64,000 nucleotides of DNA from an uncultured Candidatus Peribacteria bacterium (GTDB lineage: Bacteria; Patescibacteriota; Gracilibacteria; UBA4473). Made by a program: the position numbers and the translations under genes. The notes under the pieces are model-generated. The model was not told the origin of the DNA, made no database searches, and worked only from the letters and a program-made list of their open reading frames with translations. The DNA lies in assembly GCA_964578905.1 (NCBI GenBank), contig CAZOER010000002.1, forward strand, positions 4,840 to 68,839, given 5' to 3'. Below are positions 58,001 through 64,000 of this stretch, piece by piece; the first letter of the stretch is position 1, and every line of letters starts with the position of its first letter.

Positions 58001-60370
58001 CCGAGTTATTTTGAAAAAACGCATACACCACAACCAACATTTGCAGAGGCCTTTACAAAAGCATTCGCTTCATCTGATCGAATTCTAAAAATGGCATTCA
58101 CATCAAAGAGAAATGTGTTCTCATCAATTGCACCAAAGCGAATGGCACGTTGGTTAACTTCAGTTGTTGATGTGGGATCTATTCCAACAGAGGCGCCTTC
58201 CGACTTTGATGTAACCGCTTTTCAAGAAAAACAAAACAATTCATTTCAACGACCGCCTACTGTTTATTACTTTGATCCGGTTACCGAAACCGCAGAAAGC
58301 ATTACGAGTTTCCCAGGGGAGCAAATAACGGCGCACACGTTTGCCGATATAGGGAAAGATTACAATGATGAGATCTTGTATGCGATTGATGATGAGCTCT
58401 ATTTGAAATATCGAATAGTACCGACCAGCGACGCTGACGATCTCGAAAAGAAGTACGAACAGAAGCACGGAGGGGATTATGAAGATCGATTTGGGAAATT
58501 CACCAAATGGGACTTCGAGACATTTCGAGAGAAATTCGCTCCGGCGAAAGAAGTTCTCGATTCAGTAGAAACAACGGGAACGACATTTGAATTCAAACAA
58601 ATATTTAATGGAACATCGTACTTCGAATGGGTTGTGAGCGACCGTCCTGATTTTGTTTTTGAAATGGCAGAAGACTCGTCTGATAGAATGTCTCAACAAT
58701 GGGAACGGAACGCATTCTTGGTTCGTCCGCAAGAAACGAAATACGAGATTCGACCGATGACGAGTAAAATTAAAGATATAAAAGGATCGCCAATTTTATA
58801 CGCATCTCCTTCAGAAAAGATCCAACGGTTTAAACAAAAAGATTGTGATGATGGTGCAATAGAAAAGCCATTCTTCGCAACAGAATCTCTTTTGGTGGGA
58901 ATTGATAAATACTCTCGATTTGAAATTCAAGTACCACCGCTTCCAGGAATGCCTGAACAAATTGAAGAGAAAGTCCTTCGAAAAGGGGAGGAAACCATCG
59001 TTGAATACGGGGCTGTTTGTCTCACGCGAGGAGATGTAGAACGTGTTGCCATGACCGAAATTCAACGTGTTCATCCGAGAGAAAACACATATCTCCCTTC
59101 TGGTTCACGAATGGAATTGGGCAATAATGACCGAGTAAAATTGGAATACTTTGATGGAACGAAGGTGACCGTTTATGAAAATGAAAAATACACACTGCGT
59201 ATTTTTGAGACAGAAGACGAACTTATTCGAGCCTTTGAGTCGTTGCAAAAAAAGAATCAATATGGAGCGTTCCAAGGGTTCACGAAGACTGGTGAGAGTT
59301 TCTTCTTTACAAAGTATCTTCACGACCCACAGGGAGCATCTGACACTACTCCGCCAGAGATTTATATTGCTGGAGGAACAAATATTTCTGCGAAAGTATT
59401 TACGCCTGTTTCCGTTGATGCTTCTCGATCACGAGACACCGATAGTGGGATTGGAAACGTGTGGTGGGATCTTTATCCAGGATATGATACGGACAAAGAT
59501 GGAGACACCACAAATGATAAAGATTTCCCGACAGACGAAACCGTGACTCCACGTGAGGTGCTCAAGGTGTCACTTCCTTTGTATGAATCTGAGGGGACCG
59601 CATCTGTCATTTTGCATGTTGAGGACGAAGAAGGAAACCACTCACAAGAAACACTCACAATTACCGTCACGGCATCTCAACCACAAATTGAGGAAGCGAC
59701 GATGAGAGGGAGAAGTATTTTGGGGAGTGTCCGCGATAGTGTGGAAGGAATTCCAATTTTCGTTGAACGAAATCGAAGGGGACAATGGGAACCCATTCGT
59801 CAGGAATCAATTCCAACTGATCGAGGTGGGGATTTTTCTATGATAAGTATGGGGACATCCGGCGGTATTGAAATAGAAGATTTTGCAAACAAAGAGGCCT
59901 TTGAAATTTTGGAAAATGGGCGTCCAATTCTTCTCAATGACATGTTTGATATCATTGTGCGAAGGGCGACAGCGAGCCGTCCGACGAGTATCTTTCTGCG
60001 AGATGAACAGGAAACGACCATAACTTCGATTGCCTTTGAAATTCCAGGGAAAGAAAATGTTGTGCTCGATGAAGACGAACTCTCATTCACATCAGAATCA
60101 TCTGTGCACGTTCTCGATAGAAATACGAAAGACACTATCCTCTTTGAAAAAACAAAAGAGGGGAATGTTCTCATTTCTTCTCAATCAGCTCCATTGGCAT
60201 TGATTGATAAAAGAGGGGATTTCTATGGTTCTCTCGATCTTCAATTAAAGCGAGCAAAGAATGAAAACGATCCGGTTGTATTTGAAATCCTTGGTCTCAA
60301 AGATACGGTTGTGGGTGAGTTTGTAATTCTTCTCGGAGAGGATTCAAACATGCATGTAACGCGACAATAA
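49058..60370 (+). CDS. 3770-aa giant surface/membrane protein with Ig-like array, FG-GAP/VCBS-like repeats, two hydrophobic Pro-rich blocks and a PKD-like domain (locus gene E)
   Basis: Uninterrupted 11.3-kb ORF with N-terminal signal-like KKRLAVLLIGTLLMPSFASPAHA. Big_1-like units span about nt 51850-53520. DINADDVPDIL / VDNDHDNFSDII repeats lie at about 54500-54920. Hydrophobic blocks lie at about 55920-56340 and 57225-57900. A PKD-like segment (VDASRSRDTDSGIGNVWWDL) lies at about 59350-59670. Confidence 0.9.
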   Translation: MFFFVKTKIKTQKIFHVSCGSFLCWKKRLAVLLIGTLLMPSFASPAHALFGYWESSLTVPDVGREKLVSILVEESLLENIKLKNKIENYAASVQSNINGEVVLVPVPTEASPLDIYEGNAHLYFSGNDSDGRSQLVGTIFIGDVPLPVVEKSGNLWPTIFPYVDFEDPVYQWDYEKERFVFRGGGSHQAEVWHGVIRSDPRHDEGWDAKKLKDFREKELITFFQTNEQVNSGSITYDKNIFSADLVTDQANGLDATAMGHYENWVNNIEDIVYMRYTKHWAAEVMGNIEADDIIDTTVFPDSMKPPTESEDAGTLMGNVPDIHTKLIIEKGVKRYIETWKEKLSIDNAEIEKTGRWDPADIESTIVLISEKDERAAVNLKAFNDILDATLNTAIVAENVPKDIKVKTTENVPISYVIPQIPPLEDIAMTQDRDKDMYWNGVSRATMAIEDCSILRGSLRTDQYPHAQMVEANRAYNPGTSDEDYPTEAAPDYLCENIRIPVTSNPNWGAYHAWWDEDSDDDGTLNYIDLGEDLYESCCALNSEFLQDSFEYVNDYCEIGSEWVIRDYKGLGDQTPYAPEATDAPTLTNQYRDHVGTTEPVFDITATKESLTGTPGAEGCSTILDVDGDHSMDSLVYHIEPQNSTILAQMEDMGSIAMPVDKPRGFSFYDEQWDFHRINYFNAFSLIGRHSEVTDEAARRELLKQEILNGLQDKIEELNDIIRNNATENIDLIDTTLFDIHTGDLDDIVDSIIWIDKTIESKNRLMFEIAFSPAKDAQEFLFNDDFHDGYEFAQITAEKAVSGSTGEEGISMGFEQGSAPDSEQFQDAKLEASEFSFDDGADTEDIHKQDEEHFDFSGQESSQSACKGKNILSWFPCFINWLSELPNIITQNFTVLPDPPKNGNEDSDEPAKPTVLPPSGGGDSASSSSFQNTVSQIKTSVPEIHIGAGNTDPVILEADLKNKAGGAVQSSSSAEVSIKFSNSNGEKFFDVFPSKSVEPVAGKAVFTLFPEDTDVGGSFDISMEVDGAVLQKIPVTVSKYSLTAVAEKNYVVVDNKEGVLIEAKVEDPDGMVSSEKDGSILVFESDWGTFEQNGHASVRNGRAEIVFFPGIRSGEATIRVQDSKKNLPPAEESVNIIAGEIQSIEIETKTETLIAGADFLPVVAQLQDKFGNDITRGSGEFIWETTNLEIQGIEKAKKFKTTIENGKKKLLIRPKHKLPAAELRVKVKLPFEEVVQVKIFTIPQKVVFSIETSEESVTAGSANPIRVLVMAETEEGERIEQNLSVNVLGEPAGMGQFLNTIEMEDGLGEFKFYAGTKAGETSLSFSSPGFETSEEVFTINPDTAVKILTSIDTETMDVDDPHAEINLDISVVDRFGNVDTTFVDKVHLLPNEPDLFLSTNRETLIDLDMIDTSGGIQYVIDEEADASRASGTSPDTSLLQTTDGWSVPMKKGKATVEMTPGSTSTGKVLMSIESAGLVPDTVEFVVTDYLTADEIDDLTPKSRFTLLTGFDGGDMLAGKGIGNRFLLSGKSQAVGTLIAPPNPKKRLGYISPAGDVSLQLKAEVRMNEYFTVEIKDSVRPIAQLHVRFEEEPEFFVKREKGTSPGIYFLPTEGLVESLVREGDTILWDDAPVFTITPQGGLQIVQGGYEFISEGSFLEWNVEKEDQPIGTLAIVPTEETFTLFDTQDRIPTEAEGIFVHQEVSDIHIKESFTGKTTNDERGLVFVDSNKEESSNKKLGAPYLSAENVQEDKEIVWTNSWKPASRYAAGNIVGESVQWNSSDAFILLGDPTTSVASENDRSTLGITEDVGKPIWKSPLGTIEQIIVADINADDVPDILNRVGKRLFALYQENSEIDNFRDTGPILRFEDGVQKVFAVDNDHDNFSDIIQLNDEGILILHRNTNGTFARAGVIINGFDGVINEIFEGNIDDDEYKNDLVFSDAEKTLWFAPGTADVGVYGPATAIERFAPSLEATEEVYIASAEQDWEKRKYFDTDKFPNLERVFVSYEGVKDDITDQTPEDAIRIEGSDDLLPENAFERGIGEGGMHFNFGSVPVSEETLEGMTSSLQGTMDEQLAQMAEQVLGDSGGAFKKTFLEIPFQMRVNGTWTLLPEGSSQLQLGQAVHAGFEFTPITDLESFEFLLPKMNGMTFEKESFSCEECDGEVQFREDIPDDVEVWGYWEQPLESGEKIELTWDLTVEDMGPLSFQVLDYKSNDTIDDILIGWEEDGEKKIIKYQSHPQNNNNTAFKHSQDIVDVTMPSDPDAPSQDALKDKYTQDDDANGLPDIWETFGTLALTSVAGAMTCRGNCGLPIPSIVIPPFAPGSQTLYVPPFAIKLPKWPMPLPMFSLLMNPSGVPTPVFYTPKGGEVIASGLISLFRIYLIPTTNASLGISFCPFPYNVGDKTQFPIGNCFTIVIPSIFGGAFCSSDDSEAGDTEDSIRNMMQDYNPADYKPKFEFNKPNKTIHTAEVISDWIRRQKAEWNNIKLPTPKLSKPKLPKTLVREKVKTVEPLFAENTKVLGRKLWKDIDQKSWVTLKPELHTFPYPVFPKTDENGDNAELEKYHIQWQAWKKAPKKYQEDKKKLKAFYNENCKGEKAQTKECEKLSKNIVSFDAFIGSVSQNEQAIAKNWEAIESYKEVPKVLSELFKDEEGEEGDMTRLGKQFKKYGDEIEIYTKEWLDANRKAIAKWKKFIKELKEFFKSIEMIFEIFGEFKNDCPTCSIERGSSTTVLINLLLGALKIPVIPAPRLPDILLDFSRIDFTVQLPVPEIELQPVELAYPDLPPPPTIRVSMGFDVPALPVIPVLPKMPEIKINVSIPELTIPVLPVLLDPPGIPNPIVKLKAIVKIFNIFLKLFCLIVRNFIPVPEHYLAGHVQQVTNRTRMIGLDFTLPSLSLNLPQLPEIEDIEIALEAHLSLPTVALEVLNATVGVFAELDQCVVDSLSKVLKGAPEGAICEAGGGGGVAFEPKTLVENKVKYNIVANVEPSYFEKTHTPQPTFAEAFTKAFASSDRILKMAFTSKRNVFSSIAPKRMARWLTSVVDVGSIPTEAPSDFDVTAFQEKQNNSFQRPPTVYYFDPVTETAESITSFPGEQITAHTFADIGKDYNDEILYAIDDELYLKYRIVPTSDADDLEKKYEQKHGGDYEDRFGKFTKWDFETFREKFAPAKEVLDSVETTGTTFEFKQIFNGTSYFEWVVSDRPDFVFEMAEDSSDRMSQQWERNAFLVRPQETKYEIRPMTSKIKDIKGSPILYASPSEKIQRFKQKDCDDGAIEKPFFATESLLVGIDKYSRFEIQVPPLPGMPEQIEEKVLRKGEETIVEYGAVCLTRGDVERVAMTEIQRVHPRENTYLPSGSRMELGNNDRVKLEYFDGTKVTVYENEKYTLRIFETEDELIRAFESLQKKNQYGAFQGFTKTGESFFFTKYLHDPQGASDTTPPEIYIAGGTNISAKVFTPVSVDASRSRDTDSGIGNVWWDLYPGYDTDKDGDTTNDKDFPTDETVTPREVLKVSLPLYESEGTASVILHVEDEEGNHSQETLTITVTASQPQIEEATMRGRSILGSVRDSVEGIPIFVERNRRGQWEPIRQESIPTDRGGDFSMISMGTSGGIEIEDFANKEAFEILENGRPILLNDMFDIIVRRATASRPTSIFLRDEQETTITSIAFEIPGKENVVLDEDELSFTSESSVHVLDRNTKDTILFEKTKEGNVLISSQSAPLALIDKRGDFYGSLDLQLKRAKNENDPVVFEILGLKDTVVGEFVILLGEDSNMHVTRQ

Positions 60371-60427
60371 AAAGAGTATTAGTCGGTTGACTTTATTCAA
60401 TAAACCACGAAAATCTCCTCGCAAAAA

Positions 60428-61288
60428 ATGAAAATTAGAAAAGCAATTCTTCCCGTAGCTGGACTCGGTGTCCGCTTTCTCCCCGCGACGAAAGCACAGC
60501 CGAAGGAGATGTTGCCTATTTTTGATACTCCATCGATTCAGTTCATTGTAGAGGAAGCTGTGAAGGCAGGGATCGAAGAATTCATTGTCGTGATTGGAGG
60601 AAGTAAGCATTCAATCGAAGATCATTTTGCGCCTAATAAAGAACTCGAACTTATTCTTGCGCAACGCGGAAAAATTGCTGAACTCGAAGCGGTTCGCAAT
60701 ATCTCTAAGATGGCACATTTCTCTTATGTTCGACAAGAAGAGCCACTCGGAGATGGGCACGCTATCCTCTGTGCAGATGATTTTATTGATAAAGGAGAAA
60801 GTGTGGTCGTGCTATTCGGAGATGACATTGTTGATAACGAAGGAGGGAAGAATGCCGTTCAGCAGATTCTCGACGTATACAAAGAAACGAAAGCTCCCGT
60901 CGTGCTTCTTGAAAAAATCGATAAATCACAATCCGGTAAATACGGAATTGTTGAGCTCGATAATAATAAAATCACAAGCCTTGTTGAAAAACCAAGTCCT
61001 AAAGATGCGCGGTCAGACCTCGGAGTTGTTGGAAAATTCATCCTCACCCCACCACTTCTCAAAACGCTCAGAACGACCATGCCAGACAAGGGAGGGGAGA
61101 TGCGGTTGTCCAATGCTATTCGAGATTATATTGTCCAAGGAGGGGATGTGAGAGGGCAAATTTTAGAGGGAAAGCGATTTGATACGGGAGACAAGATTGG
61201 ATTCTTGAAGGCGACCATGCATTACGCGCTCAAGAAGGAGAATGGATTGGTAAAGAAAGCTTTGCAAGAGTTCTTGGAGGCAGAGTAG
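60428..61288 (+). CDS. galU: UTP--glucose-1-phosphate uridylyltransferase
   Basis: KAILPVAGLGVRFLPATKAQPKEMLPI...EPLGDGHAI...VEKP is the GalU signature. Confidence 0.9.
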   Translation: MKIRKAILPVAGLGVRFLPATKAQPKEMLPIFDTPSIQFIVEEAVKAGIEEFIVVIGGSKHSIEDHFAPNKELELILAQRGKIAELEAVRNISKMAHFSYVRQEEPLGDGHAILCADDFIDKGESVVVLFGDDIVDNEGGKNAVQQILDVYKETKAPVVLLEKIDKSQSGKYGIVELDNNKITSLVEKPSPKDARSDLGVVGKFILTPPLLKTLRTTMPDKGGEMRLSNAIRDYIVQGGDVRGQILEGKRFDTGDKIGFLKATMHYALKKENGLVKKALQEFLEAE

Positions 61289-61325
61289 TATTCGTTTACA
61301 ATAACGAAAACATAACTCAATTCTT

Positions 61326-61874
61326 ATGGACTCCATATTTCTTACAGGCCTCATCGGTTCGCTTATTCTTGTATCTGGAGCCGCATGGCCAGAAGGAAAG
61401 GATGTTACTCATCCAGTAAAATCACTCAAGAACTGGCTCTTTGCCATTGGGGGATTAACGATGCTTCTCTATGCTATTTTTGGATATCTAGCAGGTGGTG
61501 GTCCTATCTTTTTCGTAATGTTGGAAATCCTCGTGGTTATTGCGAGTTTATTTATGATGCTCAACATACCGGACAAAATCGATACACCAATAATTTCACT
61601 TATTGGAATAGGTCTTATTATTTGGTCACTCACTCTTTTTGAAGGATACAACACGGTCTTTTTTATTCTTGGACTTTCTGGAATCGGACTCGGGTATGCA
61701 TTCACAATGGGAACCTTACGGAGAAGTATTGCCTTAACATTAGGAAGCATTCTCATTGCCCTCTTCAGTTATATTGAAGCGAGCTGGATATTCTTCTGGT
61801 TAAACGTCTTCTTTGCGATTTTCTCAGCGTATTACGTTTACAAGGGGTTGGTTCAGAAACGAATGCACGCATAA
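61326..61874 (+). CDS. Polytopic membrane protein (about 6 TM), unknown function
   Basis: 182-aa hydrophobic ORF. Confidence 0.7.
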   Translation: MDSIFLTGLIGSLILVSGAAWPEGKDVTHPVKSLKNWLFAIGGLTMLLYAIFGYLAGGGPIFFVMLEILVVIASLFMMLNIPDKIDTPIISLIGIGLIIWSLTLFEGYNTVFFILGLSGIGLGYAFTMGTLRRSIALTLGSILIALFSYIEASWIFFWLNVFFAIFSAYYVYKGLVQKRMHA

Positions 61875-61890
61875 TATTCAAGTCTATCAC

Positions 61891-61919
61891 TTGATTTTCG
61901 GCGTTATTTATGGTATAAT
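61891..61919 (+). promoter_or_regulatory. Promoter TTGATT-17-TATAAT with extended -10 TG, 6 nt from the ATG (leaderless configuration)
   Basis: TTGATTttcggcgttatttaTGgTATAATtaggagATG, with the ATG at 61926. Confidence 0.65.
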
Positions 61920-61925
61920 TAGGAG

Positions 61926-62516
61926 ATGGACCAAGAATTACACATCTCCGAACTTCTGAAACAGGCCACTGAACTCAAACAAAATGGAAACAGTGCGAAA
62001 GCGATTAACGTGCTTCACAGCGTTTTGATAGACGATCATAACTGCATACAAGCGTATGAAGAATTGGGGGATAATTACATTTCACTCAGACAATTAGAGA
62101 AAGCAGAAAAGGCACTCGATCAAGCGATTAAGATTGATCCCAAGGCTTCCAATGCTCGGTACTTGAGAGGATTCTTGTACTCACTGCAAGAGAAGTGGAA
62201 TCGGTCTGTCGAAGAACTCGAACAAGCAAATGATATCGCACCAAATCATCCAGAGATTCTGAGATGTCTTGGTTGGTCATTGTATAATGAGAACAGGGGA
62301 CAGAAGGGGATTGCGATTCTCGAACGATCAGAAACGCTTCGTCCGTCAGATCCGAATATTCTCTGCGATCTTGGGGTTTGTTATATGAATAACAAGGATT
62401 TCACACGAGCACGAGAATCATTTCAAAAAGTTATCGATATGAATCCACACTCAAATCAAGCACGAGAATGTTTGAACTTCTTGAATATGTTGGAAGAAAA
62501 ACAAGTTCAAGTCTAA
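61926..62516 (+). CDS. Tetratricopeptide repeat protein
   Basis: Several 34-aa TPR-like units (...AKAINVLHSVLIDDHNCIQAYEELGDNY...; ...KALDQAIKIDPKASNARYLRG...). Confidence 0.8.
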   Translation: MDQELHISELLKQATELKQNGNSAKAINVLHSVLIDDHNCIQAYEELGDNYISLRQLEKAEKALDQAIKIDPKASNARYLRGFLYSLQEKWNRSVEELEQANDIAPNHPEILRCLGWSLYNENRGQKGIAILERSETLRPSDPNILCDLGVCYMNNKDFTRARESFQKVIDMNPHSNQARECLNFLNMLEEKQVQV

Positions 62517-62566
62517 AAAAAATCGGGGGGCAAATCGCTTATCCAAGCCATCGGACGTTTTTTTTC

Positions 62567-62595
62567 TTGCCACACAAAAAGTGAATGAGTAGCAT
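62567..62595 (+). promoter_or_regulatory. trxA promoter TTGCCA-17-TAGCAT
   Basis: Hexamers at 62567-62572 and 62590-62595. The leader is 21 nt with no SD. Confidence 0.5.
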
Positions 62596-62616
62596 TCAGT
62601 CACTTAATAAAAAAAC

Positions 62617-62934
62617 ATGACTCAAATGGTTACTGATTCCGATTTTCAAGCAGAAGTTCTCGACAGCGCAGACGTAGTTCTCGTAGATTTCTTCGCAACA
62701 TGGTGTGGCCCATGCCAAGCACTCGCTCCAGTCCTCGACGAATTGTCAGGAGAAATGCCTACCGGTTCTAAGGTTGTAAAAGTTGATGTTGATAAAGCAC
62801 CAGAGTCTTCAGCGAAATACGGTGTGATGTCTATCCCAACACTTAAAGTATTTAAGGGCGGGGAAATGGTTGAAGAAACTTCAGGACTTCAAAACAAAGA
62901 AGCTCTTCTCGCGATGGTAGGGAAGCACGTTTAA
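62617..62934 (+). CDS. trxA: Thioredoxin
   Basis: VLVDFFATWCGPCQALAP has the WCGPC active site. The protein is 105 aa. Confidence 0.95.
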   Translation: MTQMVTDSDFQAEVLDSADVVLVDFFATWCGPCQALAPVLDELSGEMPTGSKVVKVDVDKAPESSAKYGVMSIPTLKVFKGGEMVEETSGLQNKEALLAMVGKHV

Positions 62935-63001
62935 TGTTGACACCATTAAGGTTTTAAGCTAAAGATACTTCGTCTTTTGTACAGAAAGTTTTAAAATTAG
63001 G

Positions 63002-63033
63002 CTTCTGTGCGAAAGCATAGAAGTTTGTTCTTT
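63002..63033 (+). terminator. Rho-independent terminator of trxA
   Basis: CTTCTGTGC-GAAA-GCATAGAAG (one G-U pair) followed by TTTGTTCTTT. Confidence 0.6.
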
Positions 63034-63095
63034 AAAATTTTTCTGGAAAAAAACACGGGTAATAAACGAGTTATTATTAATCAATCTTATGTATT

Positions 63096-63482
63096 ATGAA
63101 GTCATTAAAATTTTTTAAGGGATTATTTTATTTGTGTTTAGTCTTTTGGATTGGAAAATTTATTGCAGAAACAATTCTTTGGGTAGGCGTTTTCCTGCCA
63201 TTTCCATTACCATTAACGCTTCTTTTGTTAGGAGCAATGATTATGGGGGCTTTCTATAATCGGAAAGGGGTTACTCCCTTTGGATGGTTTTTATTTTTTA
63301 TTCCTATTATTTTATTGGGAGGGAATAACTACCAAGAATGGTGGATATTTACTACTGATGGAATGAACAATTTTTTCTGGAATTTATTATTGCTTGCTAC
63401 TTTTATTTGGGCTTATTCTGCCATAGCAACAAAAATTCAGAATATTGAATGGAAACAGAAGAAAAAAGAAAACATGAGTTAA
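63096..63482 (+). CDS. Small polytopic membrane protein
   Basis: 128-aa ORF with four hydrophobic helices. Confidence 0.65.
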   Translation: MKSLKFFKGLFYLCLVFWIGKFIAETILWVGVFLPFPLPLTLLLLGAMIMGAFYNRKGVTPFGWFLFFIPIILLGGNNYQEWWIFTTDGMNNFFWNLLLLATFIWAYSAIATKIQNIEWKQKKKENMS

Positions 63483-63491
63483 CAAACTTCT

Positions 63492-63535
63492 AAAAAGTCA
63501 CAATCGCACTCAACTGAGCAGCATTGTGACTTTTT
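63492..63535. terminator. Bidirectional terminator hairpin
   Basis: AAAAAGTCACAAT...ATTGTGACTTTTT has an 8-bp GTCACAAT/ATTGTGAC stem, an 18-nt loop, and A5 and T5 flanks. It lies between convergent genes. Confidence 0.65.
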
Positions 63536-63553
63536 AATATCAAATAAAAGTTC

Positions 63554-63985
63554 TTACTGTTTTTTCTTCCGTCGCACTCCAAAGATCAACCAGAAGGGGA
63601 TTCCCACTAAGAGCATCGCCAATCCATCAATCATTCGTTCTTGTTTTTGTCGAACGAATCGAACACTTTCAAGTTCTGTTTTATCTATTACACATTGATC
63701 GTATTCTTCTCCTTCAAGTTTCTTTGGTCCATCCATTGGTTTCTCAGATCGTGCCATGTGATCGTATTGGCACATCTCTTGAGCAGAGAAGTATGAATTC
63801 GTTGTGAATTCAAATACGTATACTTTCAAAACAGTGTTAAGAACAAAGATGGCTCCAATAGCCGTGAGAGCGATTCCCATAATCACACCTCCTACATTAA
63901 CGAGATCACGAAGCCGAAATTTACTATCTGCCATTTTAGAAATTGTAAAAATAAAGATAAGGAAGAGAAGTCCTAAAAGAATCAT
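63554..63985 (-). CDS. Membrane protein, unknown function
   Basis: 143-aa ORF with TM helices at both ends and a charged central segment containing two Cys. Confidence 0.65.
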   Translation of the reverse strand: MILLGLLFLIFIFTISKMADSKFRLRDLVNVGGVIMGIALTAIGAIFVLNTVLKVYVFEFTTNSYFSAQEMCQYDHMARSEKPMDGPKKLEGEEYDQCVIDKTELESVRFVRQKQERMIDGLAMLLVGIPFWLIFGVRRKKKQ

Positions 63986-64000
63986 AGAATAGGGAGGAAA

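Noticed and set aside
62517-62566. A possible terminator after the TPR gene (AAAAAAAATCGGGGGGCAAATCGC...CATCGGACGTTTTTTTT).
   Set aside because: The A-run and T-run suggest one, but I could not draw a convincing stem by eye, so it is not listed as a feature.

Overview
This 64-kb window looks like a chromosomal segment from a moderately AT-rich bacterium that uses the standard code. TGA clearly acts as a stop (for example the ATGA stop/start overlaps at 8242 and 26840), so UGA is not recoded. No rRNA, CRISPR array, transposase, integrase or obvious prophage was seen. Gene content points to a small-genome uncultivated lineage, possibly CPR/Patescibacteria (Peregrinibacteria-like), but that is inference only and cannot be verified here. 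The supporting features are scattered housekeeping genes, a type IV pilin plus PilT, many signal-peptide proteins of unknown function, giant ORFs, and almost no Shine-Dalgarno motifs.

Confidently recognisable genes:
- lepB
- class Ia ribonucleotide reductase nrdAB, with NrdR-type boxes upstream
- uppP, a DUF559 gene, maf and nth
- an M23 peptidase and a DHOD-family flavoenzyme
- trmD, purC, a type IV pilin, gyrB, ybaB and mltG
- tRNA-His
- a GT4 glycosyltransferase
- secA, pilT, dnaE, two sugar-nucleotidyltransferases (one is galU) and trxA

The most interesting feature is a 22.5-kb, five-gene, co-oriented locus (37.9-60.4 kb, about a third of the window). It encodes 167/172-, 778-, 729-, 1824- and 3770-aa membrane-anchored, coiled-coil or surface proteins that I cannot assign to any family. 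Four of the five genes have their own near-consensus promoter. The locus is interrupted by a multi-hairpin repeat cassette that recurs elsewhere in the window.

Other notable signals:
- Consensus extended -10 promoters lie 6-11 nt from start codons, implying leaderless mRNAs.
- The nrdA-uppP intergenic region is packed with three pairs of palindromes at 32-33 bp spacing.
- G/C hairpin motifs flank the DUF559-maf pair.
- A sugar-transferase gene is truncated at a repeat element.
- A 546-aa protein is very cysteine-rich.

All functional calls come from reading the translated ORFs for motifs; no database search was possible.
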